Below are positions 1 through 9,900 of a stretch of 15,465 nucleotides of DNA, piece by piece. Position numbers and translations under genes: made by a program. Origin of the DNA: an uncultured Fidelibacterota bacterium. Lineage in GTDB: Bacteria > Fidelibacterota > Marinisomatia > Marinisomatales > UBA1611. The DNA lies in assembly GCA_913040915.1 (NCBI GenBank), contig CAJWHW010000034.1, positions 1 through 15,465 on the forward strand, written 5' to 3'. The notes under the pieces were generated by a model. The model was not told the origin of the DNA and made no database searches. It saw only the letters and a program-made list of their open reading frames with translations. Positions within the stretch are counted from its first letter, which is position 1, and each line of letters begins with the position of its first letter.

Positions 1-62
1 AACCATTTGAAATCAGTAGTTTTGGCGAAACCGCCGCTGTTATTATTATTTGAATTACTCAT
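1..62 (-). CDS. Possible 5' end of a divergent minus-strand CDS running off the window (MSNSNNNNSGGFAKTTDFKW...), product unknown
   Basis: ATG at 62..60 on the minus strand, open to the window edge (20 codons). It diverges from the 173 start, leaving a plausible promoter region. Too short to assign a function. Confidence 0.4.
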   Translation of the reverse strand, partial: MSNSNNNNSGGFAKTTDFKW

Positions 63-172
63 AGATGTACCAAATGTGGTGATAAATGGATGAAAAAATC
101 AAGAGGATGATTACAGATTCAGTTTACTATTTAGATTTATTTTCTTTCCACCTAATTTTAGTGCCTAAAAAT

Positions 173-1510
173 ATGCTTTTCCGCCATATACTAATTATCC
201 TTCTTTTTTGTTCAATTCTATTTAGTCAAGAGTTTGGCTCAAGAGATTTATCTGATGTTGGACTTGATACGGTTGATAAACGATTCAAGTATTCAACAAT
301 TATAAAAATACCTGATTTGTCCTTTTTTGAACAAGTTTATTCAGGATTAGATATACTAGAACAAATGGATTTTAAACCATTGGTAGGAAAATCCATTGCA
401 TTATTTACCAATCAAACTGCAGTGAATCGAAATGGAGACCATATTATAGATTTATTAAAAAACTTTTCTAATATAAAAGTCGTTGCATTCTTTGCTGCAG
501 AGCATGGGATTTGGGGTATCGATGATAATCGTGCAACACTTATAGGACGAGGGCAGACAGAACCGGTTCATGGGGCTCCTATTATTGATATGTTCAATAA
601 ATATGTATATCCACCACATTGGGTCATGGATAAGATAGATTTGGTAGTGGTTGATTTTCAAGACACGGGCTCGAGATATTCAACTATGACTGCGACGATG
701 TCAAAACTTTTTGAATCTGCTTCAGAATGGCGAATCCCTGTTATGGTATTAGATCGTCCAAATCCCATTCGAGGAGATATAATTAATGGACCCATTCCTC
801 GTATAGAATTTCAATCCTATGAATCTTACCATTTGTTTCCAATACGCCATGGCCTAACAATTGGTGAAATTTCCATTTTGATCAATGAAATGGGGTGGAT
901 CAAGGATTTAAAAAGAGTTGAACTTTCCATTTTGCCTATGGCAAATTGGAATCGTGATATGTGGTTTAGTGATACGAAACTTATCTGGCGTTACCCAACT
1001 CCGTCTTTGAGAAGTGAAGATATTTTATTAGCATATACTGGTATGGATCTTTTCCGTGGTACAAATATGAATGTGGGATTCGGTACAGAAAAACCTTACT
1101 TAATTCTTGGAGCACCTTGGCTTGGAACATCTTTTTTGGCTCAAAAATTAAAAGATCAAGGCTTGAAAGGTGTGGAATTCAAAGAAATAAATTATAGGCC
1201 TACAGGGTCCATATATTATAAACGCGTACCACAATATGATGGTCTATCTTGCAGTGGGATTGAAATTATTATTAATGATAAAGATGAATATGAACCTCTT
1301 AAAACAGCAACAACACTTATTATGCTTATCAACCATTTACATCCTCGTGAATTTCAGTGGAAAGAAGATGGCTATATAGATAAACTCTTTGGTTCAAATC
1401 TACTTCGCGTTACATCTGCTCAAAAAAAGCCCCCAGATCATCTACCTGCACAATGGGTGCATGATGTTTACAAATTTAATGAGTTCAGGCAGCCATTTTT
1501 GATTTATTAA
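173..1510 (+). CDS. DUF1343 / NamZ (YbbC)-like exo-beta-N-acetylmuramidase family protein, secreted, divergent
   Basis: Family motifs TNQTAV, AEHG, DFQDTGSRY, VLDRPNP, PIRHGLTIGE, GAPW, IDKLFGS. Start moved from 86 to ATG 173 because MLFRHILIILLFCSILFS-Q reads as a signal peptide and TAATTTT lies just upstream (153-159). Confidence 0.85.
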   Translation: MLFRHILIILLFCSILFSQEFGSRDLSDVGLDTVDKRFKYSTIIKIPDLSFFEQVYSGLDILEQMDFKPLVGKSIALFTNQTAVNRNGDHIIDLLKNFSNIKVVAFFAAEHGIWGIDDNRATLIGRGQTEPVHGAPIIDMFNKYVYPPHWVMDKIDLVVVDFQDTGSRYSTMTATMSKLFESASEWRIPVMVLDRPNPIRGDIINGPIPRIEFQSYESYHLFPIRHGLTIGEISILINEMGWIKDLKRVELSILPMANWNRDMWFSDTKLIWRYPTPSLRSEDILLAYTGMDLFRGTNMNVGFGTEKPYLILGAPWLGTSFLAQKLKDQGLKGVEFKEINYRPTGSIYYKRVPQYDGLSCSGIEIIINDKDEYEPLKTATTLIMLINHLHPREFQWKEDGYIDKLFGSNLLRVTSAQKKPPDHLPAQWVHDVYKFNEFRQPFLIY

Positions 1511-3045
1511 TGCAGCGATTATTTGTCATTTATTATTTGTTTACAATTCTTTATGGACAAATATTACCTACAGTCCCTGCAAATGTTTTTCGTTTTTCTT
1601 TCGGTACAAATGCTTCAGAGTCAATGTGGAAATTTGAAGAACAAAACTTTGAGCTTCCGGGTATTGGGCGGCATTATTTTAATAATTTAACACATAATGA
1701 TTCCGTAAGATATTCTTCCAATTATGACCTTTACCATAATGGTTCTTTTATTCTGGACTCTGTAAATACAATAGAACAATGGTTAACTAATTTCAATAAT
1801 GAATATGGATTCTCCCTTCCTGTTTATGGTGCTCAATTAATTGACACATCCAAAGCATTTATACCAAAAGGGACTTTCTTGGAAAGCCGAAAAAAAAATA
1901 TAATTGGCAGATCTTTTAAAATTGAATATGGAATGTCTAACGATGTAACCTTAAGTATAACAATGCCAATAATAGATTCATATATAATTGACCAGGCCAT
2001 TACTGATTTTTCAATAACGGGGATGAATGGTGCTGATGTGCTTATCAATTATCATATTAATGCTAAAAGTGAGTTTAAATCATTTCGCAATTCTGCCAGT
2101 TATGATAATCTTCGACGAGGTTTAAGGGATACTCTGAATATTATTTATGATAAATTTTATAATAATAGCAGTGAATACAACATCCTTTGGGCCATGCATG
2201 CTGGAATCGATCCTATAAATAATCTATTAGTTGATTCACGATTTATACCTGCTGAAATTGGAAAGGATACAGTTTCATTAACTGATTTAGTAAATTACTA
2301 TTACCCTGGTCAAAAAACCGGATCAGGTGTGGACGATATAAATTTGGGTGCTACAGTTTTATTACGAGGAAAGCCTTCATGGAGCTCTGAAGGTAAATCA
2401 AATGCTCTTTATGCGAAAATTCTAGTTAGTATTCCCTTTGGAAAAACATTATCTTCATTTAAAGCCATTGGTTCAAAGCAATTTAAAGAGGCAAAAATAG
2501 GAAGTGGTGTAAGTAGGTGGTCAGTTGGACTTTATGGCACTTCTGGTTTTAAAGGGAGCATTAAAGGCAGGTATTATTTCCAATCCTCTATCAATTTCAG
2601 TACACCAGAAATTTTAAACACATCAGTTTCATTATTCTCCGGTGGACATACTAATCCCGATTCCATCATAAGTCAAATTGGCAATACCTATAAATTTGAT
2701 CAAGGAACAGGTTTCCTTTTTATTTCTGGTAGTGAAATAGACGTTATTCCAAAGCAACTCCGGATGCGTTCCCATATAACTTTTAGATACAAAGGACAAG
2801 ATCGTTTTGTATCAAATAATAAAATGTGGGATAGCTGGATGCAGAAACATAATGGATATAATTCAGCTAACAGCCGTTTGGGTTTAGTAGGAGAGCTATG
2901 GTTTTTAAATTCAATATCAAAATACAGGTTTGGACTTGTACCATTTGATTTATATCTAGGTGTAAATAATTGGATTTTTGCTAAAAATACATTTGATGGA
3001 TGGCAAGTTTATACAGGTATTACTACATATTATCAAGGATGGTAG
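1510..3045 (+). CDS. Hypothetical secreted protein, probable outer-membrane beta-barrel (COG4313/Phenol_MetA_deg-like)
   Basis: 511-aa ORF, TAATG overlap with the upstream stop, signal-peptide-like N-terminus. Segments FKIEYGMSNDVTLSITMP and SGVDDINLGATVLL recall COG4313-type barrels. Amphipathic strands and an aromatic C-terminus (WQVYTGITTYYQGW). The CDS is solid; the fold call is inference. Confidence 0.6.
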   Translation: MQRLFVIYYLFTILYGQILPTVPANVFRFSFGTNASESMWKFEEQNFELPGIGRHYFNNLTHNDSVRYSSNYDLYHNGSFILDSVNTIEQWLTNFNNEYGFSLPVYGAQLIDTSKAFIPKGTFLESRKKNIIGRSFKIEYGMSNDVTLSITMPIIDSYIIDQAITDFSITGMNGADVLINYHINAKSEFKSFRNSASYDNLRRGLRDTLNIIYDKFYNNSSEYNILWAMHAGIDPINNLLVDSRFIPAEIGKDTVSLTDLVNYYYPGQKTGSGVDDINLGATVLLRGKPSWSSEGKSNALYAKILVSIPFGKTLSSFKAIGSKQFKEAKIGSGVSRWSVGLYGTSGFKGSIKGRYYFQSSINFSTPEILNTSVSLFSGGHTNPDSIISQIGNTYKFDQGTGFLFISGSEIDVIPKQLRMRSHITFRYKGQDRFVSNNKMWDSWMQKHNGYNSANSRLGLVGELWFLNSISKYRFGLVPFDLYLGVNNWIFAKNTFDGWQVYTGITTYYQGW

Positions 3046-3056
3046 GGATATAAAAA

Positions 3057-4322
3057 ATGCAAAATAAAAAAGTCTGGAGTTGGGCATTTTATGATTGGGC
3101 AAATTCTGCTTTTATTACAACTGTTATGGCGGGATTTTTCCCTATTTTTTTTGAAAAATATTGGTCCAATCCAGATAATGTAATCCGTAGTACATACCAA
3201 TTAGGATGGGCTAATTCACTGGCATCCGTTTTTATTGCATTGATTGCACCATTTTTAGGGGCAATAGCTGATAGAGGCTCTGTAAAAAAGAAATTTTTAT
3301 TTTTCTTCGCATTTTTAGGCGTAATAATGACTGGCGGACTATGGATGGTAGATCAGGGGCAATGGGAAATTGCAATTTTTCTATATGTTTTAGCGTCTGT
3401 AGGATTTATGGGCGGTAATATTTTTTACGATTCCCTGCTACCATTTGTAGCATCAAGAGATAAATTGGATTATGTATCTTCTTTGGGATATTCCTTAGGA
3501 TATATCGGTGGCGGTTTATTGTTTCTTGTGAATGTGCTAATGTATCTCAATCCGGAATGGTTTGGTATTGTAGATGCATCAACAGCCATTAAACTTTCCT
3601 TTTTATCTGTTGCAGTCTGGTGGGCAATATTTACAATTCCAATTTTGTTATTTGTCCCAGAACCGGAAGTACAAGATTCAGTTCCATTTATAAAAGCAAT
3701 TACTGCTGGTGGGAAACAATTGAAAGAAACTTTCGATAAAATCAGGGAGATGAGAGTAATTGGGATTTTCCTACTTGCTTACTGGCTTTATATTGATGGT
3801 GTCGATACGATCATTCGTATGGCCGTCAAAATGGGCTCATCTCTTGGGTTTGAAGCTGGAGATTTGATTACCGCTTTACTCATGGTGCAATTTATTGCAT
3901 TCCCTAGTGCATTGGCATATAACAAATTTGCAGAAAAGATTGGTACTAAAAATGCCATTTTTGTAGCAATCGGAGGCTATGCACTAATTACATTTCTAGC
4001 TTATTTCATGACTAGTAGGAATCATTTTTTTATTCTGGCAGCTATGATTGGTTTATTTCAGGGAGGTATTCAGGCATTAAGCAGAAGTCTATATGCACGA
4101 TTAATCCCAAAAAATAAAGAAGCAGAATTTTTTGGATTTTACAATATGCTAGGAAAGTTTGCCTCAGTCGTGGGGCCTTTACTTATGGGCTGGGTTACAT
4201 TGGTTACGGGCAGTGTTCGTTTTGGAATTTTATCTATTTTAATATTATTTATCCTAGGTGCTATCCTTCTCATGAAAGTTGATTTTGAGGAAGGAGAGAG
4301 GCTTGCCAAAGAGTTCAAGTAA
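3057..4322 (+). CDS. MFS transporter, UMF1 / ATG22-like (YxiO/BtlA) family
   Basis: 421 aa with about 12 hydrophobic segments. Signatures WSWAFYDWANSAF, PFLGAIADR, NIFYDSLL, SSLGYSLGYIGGG, QALSRSLYARLIP, EFFGFY. Confidence 0.9.
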   Translation: MQNKKVWSWAFYDWANSAFITTVMAGFFPIFFEKYWSNPDNVIRSTYQLGWANSLASVFIALIAPFLGAIADRGSVKKKFLFFFAFLGVIMTGGLWMVDQGQWEIAIFLYVLASVGFMGGNIFYDSLLPFVASRDKLDYVSSLGYSLGYIGGGLLFLVNVLMYLNPEWFGIVDASTAIKLSFLSVAVWWAIFTIPILLFVPEPEVQDSVPFIKAITAGGKQLKETFDKIREMRVIGIFLLAYWLYIDGVDTIIRMAVKMGSSLGFEAGDLITALLMVQFIAFPSALAYNKFAEKIGTKNAIFVAIGGYALITFLAYFMTSRNHFFILAAMIGLFQGGIQALSRSLYARLIPKNKEAEFFGFYNMLGKFASVVGPLLMGWVTLVTGSVRFGILSILILFILGAILLMKVDFEEGERLAKEFK

Positions 4323-4339
4323 TTTTTTTTCGAAAAAGA

Positions 4340-4369
4340 TTGATTTAAAAAAGACATGTGATTTAACTT
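4340..4369 (+). promoter_or_regulatory. Putative housekeeping promoter (TTGATT-N18-TAACTT)
   Basis: TTGATT 4340-4345 and TAACTT 4364-4369, ending 13 nt before the GC-rich hairpin. The AT-rich background lowers specificity. Confidence 0.4.
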
Positions 4370-4382
4370 TTGTTTAGCGTTC

Positions 4383-4451
4383 TGCCCCGTTGATGTGGCG
4401 TGCTCTTCAGGGAAAAGAGTTTTTTCCGAGGGTTTTTCGACGGGGCATTTT
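4383..4451 (+). ncRNA. Structured RNA candidate (small RNA, attenuator or atypical long terminator)
   Basis: 11-bp outer stem TGCCCCGTTGA (4383-4393) / TCGACGGGGCA (4437-4447) with one G-U pair, inner stem GGGAAAA/TTTTTCC, followed by TTTT. GC-rich against its flanks. No known RNA family recognised. Confidence 0.45.
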
Positions 4452-4523
4452 CAATTTCAAATGATAGTTAACCAAACTAACGACATTCCATAATATTATT
4501 AAAGACCTTTCACCTTACTCATA

Positions 4524-4580
4524 ATGTCAACTGAAGATAGAAAATTAGCAGCAGTAATATTCACATATATGAATATATAA
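4524..4580 (+). pseudogene. Short remnant resembling the N-terminus of a class III adenylate/guanylate cyclase domain (MSTEDRKLAAVIFTYMNI*)
   Basis: ATG 4524 to TAA 4580. RKLAAVIFT[Y]M matches the common cyclase first strand RKLAAI(M/L)FTD(I/M)VG. The catalytic Asp position is TAT, one base from GAT. Confidence 0.55.
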
Positions 4581-4594
4581 GGTTCATCCATAAA

Positions 4595-4990
4595 TTGAAT
4601 TCACCTATAATTAGATATTCCCAGCTTGTAATGCCCCAGGATGCAAATGTCCTTGGTACACTTTTTGGTGGTCAGATGGTATCATGGATGGATATTTCTG
4701 CATCTAAGGCCGTGCATCGTTTTTTAAAGGATACAAATGCAGACGCAGCACTAACACGAGCGATTGATGCGATCGAATTCAAAGAACCAGTGCATGTAGG
4801 TAATTGGGTAAATTTTGAAGCTCAGATCATTTCTACAGGGAGATCATCCATACAGATCCAGATAGATGCCTACAAGGAGACAAAAGATCTTGATAAGGTT
4901 TTAGCCTGTACAGCTAAGTTCACTTTTGTTTCAGTAAAAAAACTTCAAGGTGGAACCTTTGAAAAAGTTGATCATAATAAGACGGTATAA
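4595..4990 (+). CDS. Acyl-CoA thioesterase, hotdog fold (YciA-like)
   Basis: 131 aa with [41 protein letters not shown] and FTFVSV. TTG start is uncertain; the alternative ATG at 4631 would cut the first strand. Confidence 0.9.
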   Translation: MNSPIIRYSQLVMPQDANVLGTLFGGQMVSWMDISASKAVHRFLKDTNADAALTRAIDAIEFKEPVHVGNWVNFEAQIISTGRSSIQIQIDAYKETKDLDKVLACTAKFTFVSVKKLQGGTFEKVDHNKTV

Positions 4991-4995
4991 TAATT

Positions 4996-6933
4996 ATGAT
5001 GGATAATATATTTAAGCCTCATCCTAAAATCTCGGCAAGATCCCATATTCATTCAATGGAACAATATGGAGACCTTTATAAACGCTCAATTAATGATCCC
5101 ATAGAGTTCTGGGAGGAGATTGCTCAAAGGCTTGATTGGTATAAGCCTTGGAATAAGGTTAGAGAGTTTAACTTTATTAATGGGGAAATAGAATGGTTCT
5201 CTGGAGGAGAATTAAATGCATGCTATAATTGTATAGATAGACATATTAGTGAAGGTCATGGTGATGATATTGCTATTATATGGGAGGGGAATGACCCAAA
5301 TCAATCTAGAAAATTTTCATACAATAAGCTTTTGAAAGAAGTATCTCAATTTGCAAATGCTTTAAAAGAACTAGGTATCCAAAAAGGGGATAGGGTTTGC
5401 CTATATATGCAAATGATCCCTGAATTAGCGATTGCTGTTCTGGCGTGTGCACGCATTGGCGCAGTCCATTCGGTTGTTTTTGGAGCTTTCTCAAGTGAAT
5501 CTTTGAGAGACCGTATTAATGATTCAGAATGTAAGATCTTGGTAACACAGGATACTGGTGTTCGAGGAACCAAGCAAAATATTCCAATGAAGTCAAATGC
5601 TGATCAGGCTTTGAATGATACACCTTCTATTGAACATGTTATAGTCGTTCGTAGGACAGGAGAGCCTGTTAAAATGGATACCAAGCGTGATATATGGTGG
5701 CATGAAGCTAAATCGGGGGTCAGTATAAAATGTGCACCAGAAGTTATGGACTCAGAAGATCCTCTTTTTATATTATATACGTCAGGATCAACAGGTAAGC
5801 CTAAAGGTGTATTACATACGACAGGTGGTTATTTGGTTTATGCATCTTTTACTCATGAAATGGTTTTCGATTATAAACCAGGTGATGTTTACTGGTGTAC
5901 TGCTGATTTAGGTTGGATTACTGGTCATTCTTATATTATCTATGGCCCTTTGGCTAATCGAGCTACAACAATTATGTTTGAGGGTGTTCCTAATTATCCT
6001 GATTATGGTCGTTTTTGGGACGTGGTTGATAAGCATAAGGTGAACCAATTTTATACAGCACCTACAGCACTTAGAGCATTAATGAAAGAAGGAAATTCTT
6101 GGGTTGCTTCTCGAGATTTATCAACGCTCCAGGTACTGGGTACTGTAGGTGAACCAATTAAGGAGCCTGAGTGGAAATGGTATCATGATGTGGTAGGAAA
6201 ACAAGAATGCCCTATAGTGGATACATGGTGGCAAACTGAAACTGGTGGTATTCTTATGACACCTCTTCCTGGAGCAACACCAACAAAACCTGGTTCTGCA
6301 ACTTTTCCATTTTTTGGCATTGAACCAGTTTTATTAAGTGAAGAAGGTAAAGAGATTGAAGGAAATGATGTTTCTGGGCTTTTGGCAATCAAATCATCAT
6401 GGCCAGGACAAATGAGAACGGTTTATGGAGATCACGATCGGTTTATTGATGTGTATTTCAAAATGTTTCCCGGGTATTATTTTACAGGAGACGGTGCCAA
6501 AAGGGATAAAGATGGTTACTATTGGATCACTGGCAGAGTAGATGATGTATTAAATGTTTCAGGACATCGTATTGGTACAGCAGAAGTGGAAGGTGCCATC
6601 GGTAAAGCGAACGGTGTTGCTGAAGCGGCAGTAGTTGGATATCCTCATGATATTAAGGGACAGGGCATCTATGCATATGTTACTCTTATGACTGGCGTGG
6701 AGGTATCAGAAGAAATTCAGTCCGATATTTTGGTTTCTGTAACTAAAGAAATTGGTCCTCACGCAAAGCCAGGAAAAATTCAGTTCACTCCTGCGTTACC
6801 AAAAACTCGTTCTGGAAAGATTATGAGACGAATTTTGAGAAAAATTGCAGCAGGAGATTTGGATAACATGGGTGATATTTCAACTTTAGCTGATCCAAGC
6901 GTAGTAGATGAATTGACTATTGGGCGTCAGTAA
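4996..6933 (+). CDS. acs: Acetate--CoA ligase (AMP-forming acetyl-CoA synthetase)
   Basis: 645 aa with [67 protein letters not shown] and [12 protein letters not shown] (catalytic, acetylatable Lys). Confidence 0.97.
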   Translation: MMDNIFKPHPKISARSHIHSMEQYGDLYKRSINDPIEFWEEIAQRLDWYKPWNKVREFNFINGEIEWFSGGELNACYNCIDRHISEGHGDDIAIIWEGNDPNQSRKFSYNKLLKEVSQFANALKELGIQKGDRVCLYMQMIPELAIAVLACARIGAVHSVVFGAFSSESLRDRINDSECKILVTQDTGVRGTKQNIPMKSNADQALNDTPSIEHVIVVRRTGEPVKMDTKRDIWWHEAKSGVSIKCAPEVMDSEDPLFILYTSGSTGKPKGVLHTTGGYLVYASFTHEMVFDYKPGDVYWCTADLGWITGHSYIIYGPLANRATTIMFEGVPNYPDYGRFWDVVDKHKVNQFYTAPTALRALMKEGNSWVASRDLSTLQVLGTVGEPIKEPEWKWYHDVVGKQECPIVDTWWQTETGGILMTPLPGATPTKPGSATFPFFGIEPVLLSEEGKEIEGNDVSGLLAIKSSWPGQMRTVYGDHDRFIDVYFKMFPGYYFTGDGAKRDKDGYYWITGRVDDVLNVSGHRIGTAEVEGAIGKANGVAEAAVVGYPHDIKGQGIYAYVTLMTGVEVSEEIQSDILVSVTKEIGPHAKPGKIQFTPALPKTRSGKIMRRILRKIAAGDLDNMGDISTLADPSVVDELTIGRQ

Positions 6934-9900
6934 GTTTTGTATTCACTTTTCTTAAACGATGGGATAAAAGTTTTACAATCTGTTTCATAATCTCTGAGTT
7001 ACTTGCCATAAGTTGGTAAAATCCTTCCTGATGGATTTTTAATAATAAAGTTTCTTGAGTGGTAAAAGCATCAGCAGAGCGTGGTTCTTGATCAAGTAAA
7101 GCCATCTCACCTATGCAATCTCCTTTTCCCAATTTTGTGATTGAATGTCCACCTTGGATGACATCAACTTCTCCAAAAATAATTACAAATAAAGAATCAC
7201 CATAATCACCCTGCCTAAAAATTTCTTCACCATCTTCATAATTTACTTCTTCTGAAATTTGAGCAATATATGTCAATATATCACCAGGTATATTTTTGAA
7301 AAGATCCACCGACTTTAAGATAATCGTTTTTTCTAAAATTGAATACATAGGTGTTCCCCCTGTTATTGATAAATTTTTATTTAAATAATTTCGATTCAAA
7401 TGGTCCTGCTCAATTTGATTAAATATATTTGTTTCAAATAATGAATTTGGGAGCTCAGACCAATTAATTTTTTTGAGTACAGAAGTATTTTCAGATTTTA
7501 TTAAGTATTGGATGGCAATAGCGCTTTTCCAAGGTTGCAAATTTTCAATCCAAATACTTAAAAACTCGGCCGGATCCTGTATTAAATCTGGAAATAATTT
7601 CATCCCAATTATTTCTTTATCTGAATCAGGATCAATAAGGGGCAAAGTCATTTTACAATTATTATTGGTGAAGGTTGATTCAATCAATTCCAGAACAATA
7701 GGTAACAATTCTGGATCTTGGCTTTGTACGTATCTAATATAAGTTTCAATTGGAATTTCTGATTTATCTAGTGTGCCTAGTTTCAATATAATTGGAATTA
7801 TGTTTTCTAAATCATTTCTGATTTGATCTAGAAGTAGATAAGCATGTTTGTCAGTTTGCAAATATTCCATTATTTGATAAAGCTGATAGGCCCGCTTTGA
7901 AATTTTAGATATATGGTTATTTATTGTGATGAATGAACTATCATTAATCATAATATTTTTACTTAATTTTATCAAGGCGTCGCAAATACCATTTAAAATC
8001 CTGAGATCTTCACTTTCAAGCTTTGTTATAATGGCCTTTAGCATTTCATTGTTAGAAAAATGATAGGATGCTTTTAGGATACCTAATTGCAGTTCAAATG
8101 ATGAACTTTCATTAAAGAGGAATTGATGTAAACGTTTGGCTATCAATGATGAATCAAATTGTAATAATGCCTTTAATGCATAGTCATATGTTGCTGCTGA
8201 AGAAAGATTTTGAATGATAAGATCTAGAAATTCCTGATTGGGGTAATTAATTAACACACTGAGCATTTCATTTTTAACATTGTCACTATAAGGATGTGTT
8301 AAAAAACGTTGCGTATTTTCAATTGATATCCATTCACCAGCATTGCGTAGAAAACTGATTGTAGTACATAATGCACCTTCTTCATTACTATTAAGAAGGT
8401 TTTCGAGCAATAATTTTGATTCTAGGTGGTTTGGGTTTTGTCTTAAGATTGCAACTGCTGCAGATGCTGCAGTTGCAGAGTCACCACTATTTAAAAATAA
8501 GTCTACTTCTAGGTGGATATCCTTAATCATCCGATCCCCAGCGCAGGCGATTATGAATGGTTTTAAATCGGATTTTTTATTTATTATGTTTACTAAATAA
8601 TTATCAGAGATTATTTCAGACTGTTTCCATGCTAGTTCTAATACTGCTCTTCTTACTGGTTGTGAGCCATGGGAAAATAAATTCTGAAGAGTTTTTTTCC
8701 AGGGGTCGAGTTGTAATTCCCATAATAAGTCCAAAGCAAATAATTGCTTTAATTCGTCTTCATCCTGCAAGGTTTTATCAATAGTATCGATGGTGTTAGC
8801 ATCATTGATATCATATTCAATCTCATCTAGGTTAAGCTGGCGGTTTTCAATGGCTTTTAATAGAGCCTGTACATAGCCGTCGTGGATTCGAAAACTATTC
8901 CAAATCCAAATAATTAAACCAAGGATGATAAAAATGCTTAACCAGTGGATCCTTTCTGGAGTAATTAGTTTGAAAGTAACGAGTGTAAATATTATTATAC
9001 CAGCCATCCCTTCAAAACTTGCTCGAATAGTACCGTCAATAACTGGCTTTATTTTTTTCTTTTTCTCTTTAGCTATAGGAACCCATAGGATCTCCTGGAT
9101 GGAATTATTTGTTGAAAATTTGAAAACCTGATCTGAAAACTTTGCTATAAATACTGCACTTATTGTACCAAAAATAAAAAACCCTACTGAGCCTAGAGCT
9201 AATGTCAACGGGAGAATCAGCAATCCAGGTAAAATTCCAAAACGGGTGAGAATAAAGCCAGTTACGAAAAATTGCATTATTAGAGTAGCAGTACCGGTAA
9301 ACATATAATAAGAACCGAAAAAACTTACTAGATCATTTGAGTTGGGAAAGGCAGAAGCTGCAACCATTTTGAATTGGTAGTCCACAGTTTTAGAAATAAA
9401 TGCCGAAAGCCCTATTAATATGGCAATAGATTTTATATAAGAATCAAACTTTGATAATGATCTTGGTTTATTATTCGAGATTATGTTTTGATCTGATAAA
9501 AGTATCTTTCTATAAGGATGAAGCAATTGCGCTATAATAACATAAAGGCCGATAAAAAATATGGTTAAAAACAATAGTTTATTCGGCCCGAAAACATTAA
9601 TAAAGGGTTTTATTATAATTCCTGACCCAATTGCTGCAAAAGAGCCTCCAGCACTTATTAAGGAGAAAATTCGTTTAGCTTGTCTTGCATTAAATATTTC
9701 CCCAGTCAGGACCCAGAACTGAAAAATACTTATTATAGTAATCGCCTCAATCCAAATATATAGTGCTGGAATAAAAAGACCGGATAAATTTGCTTGAAAA
9801 AATACAAGAGAAAGGGTAAAGAATAATCCTGAAAGAGATATGATAAGAATTTGATCATGTCCGGCAATTATATATTTATATAATGTAATGAATCCGGCCA

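Noticed and set aside
86..172. N-terminal extension of ORF1 from ATG 86
   Set aside because: It buries the signal peptide that begins at ATG 173 and spans the probable divergent promoter region.
1890..1898. A9 homopolymer in ORF2 as a phase-variation tract
   Set aside because: The frame is intact and A/T runs of this length are expected at this base composition.
4323..4337. T-run/CG/A-run palindrome after the MFS stop
   Set aside because: Almost entirely A-T pairs with no real loop; too weak to call a terminator.
4383..4447. Hairpin as SRP RNA, tmRNA 5' end (TTCGACGGGG) or tRNA fragment (GCCCCGT/ACGGGGC-A)
   Set aside because: No SRP domain IV motif (CAGG...GGAAGGAAGCAG), no tmRNA acceptor/T-arm arrangement and no cloverleaf. 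Kept only as an unknown structured element.
4461..4493. 10-codon ORF MIVNQTNDIP as a leader peptide
   Set aside because: No SD, no regulatory codon run, and it lies downstream of the hairpin, so it cannot drive classic attenuation.
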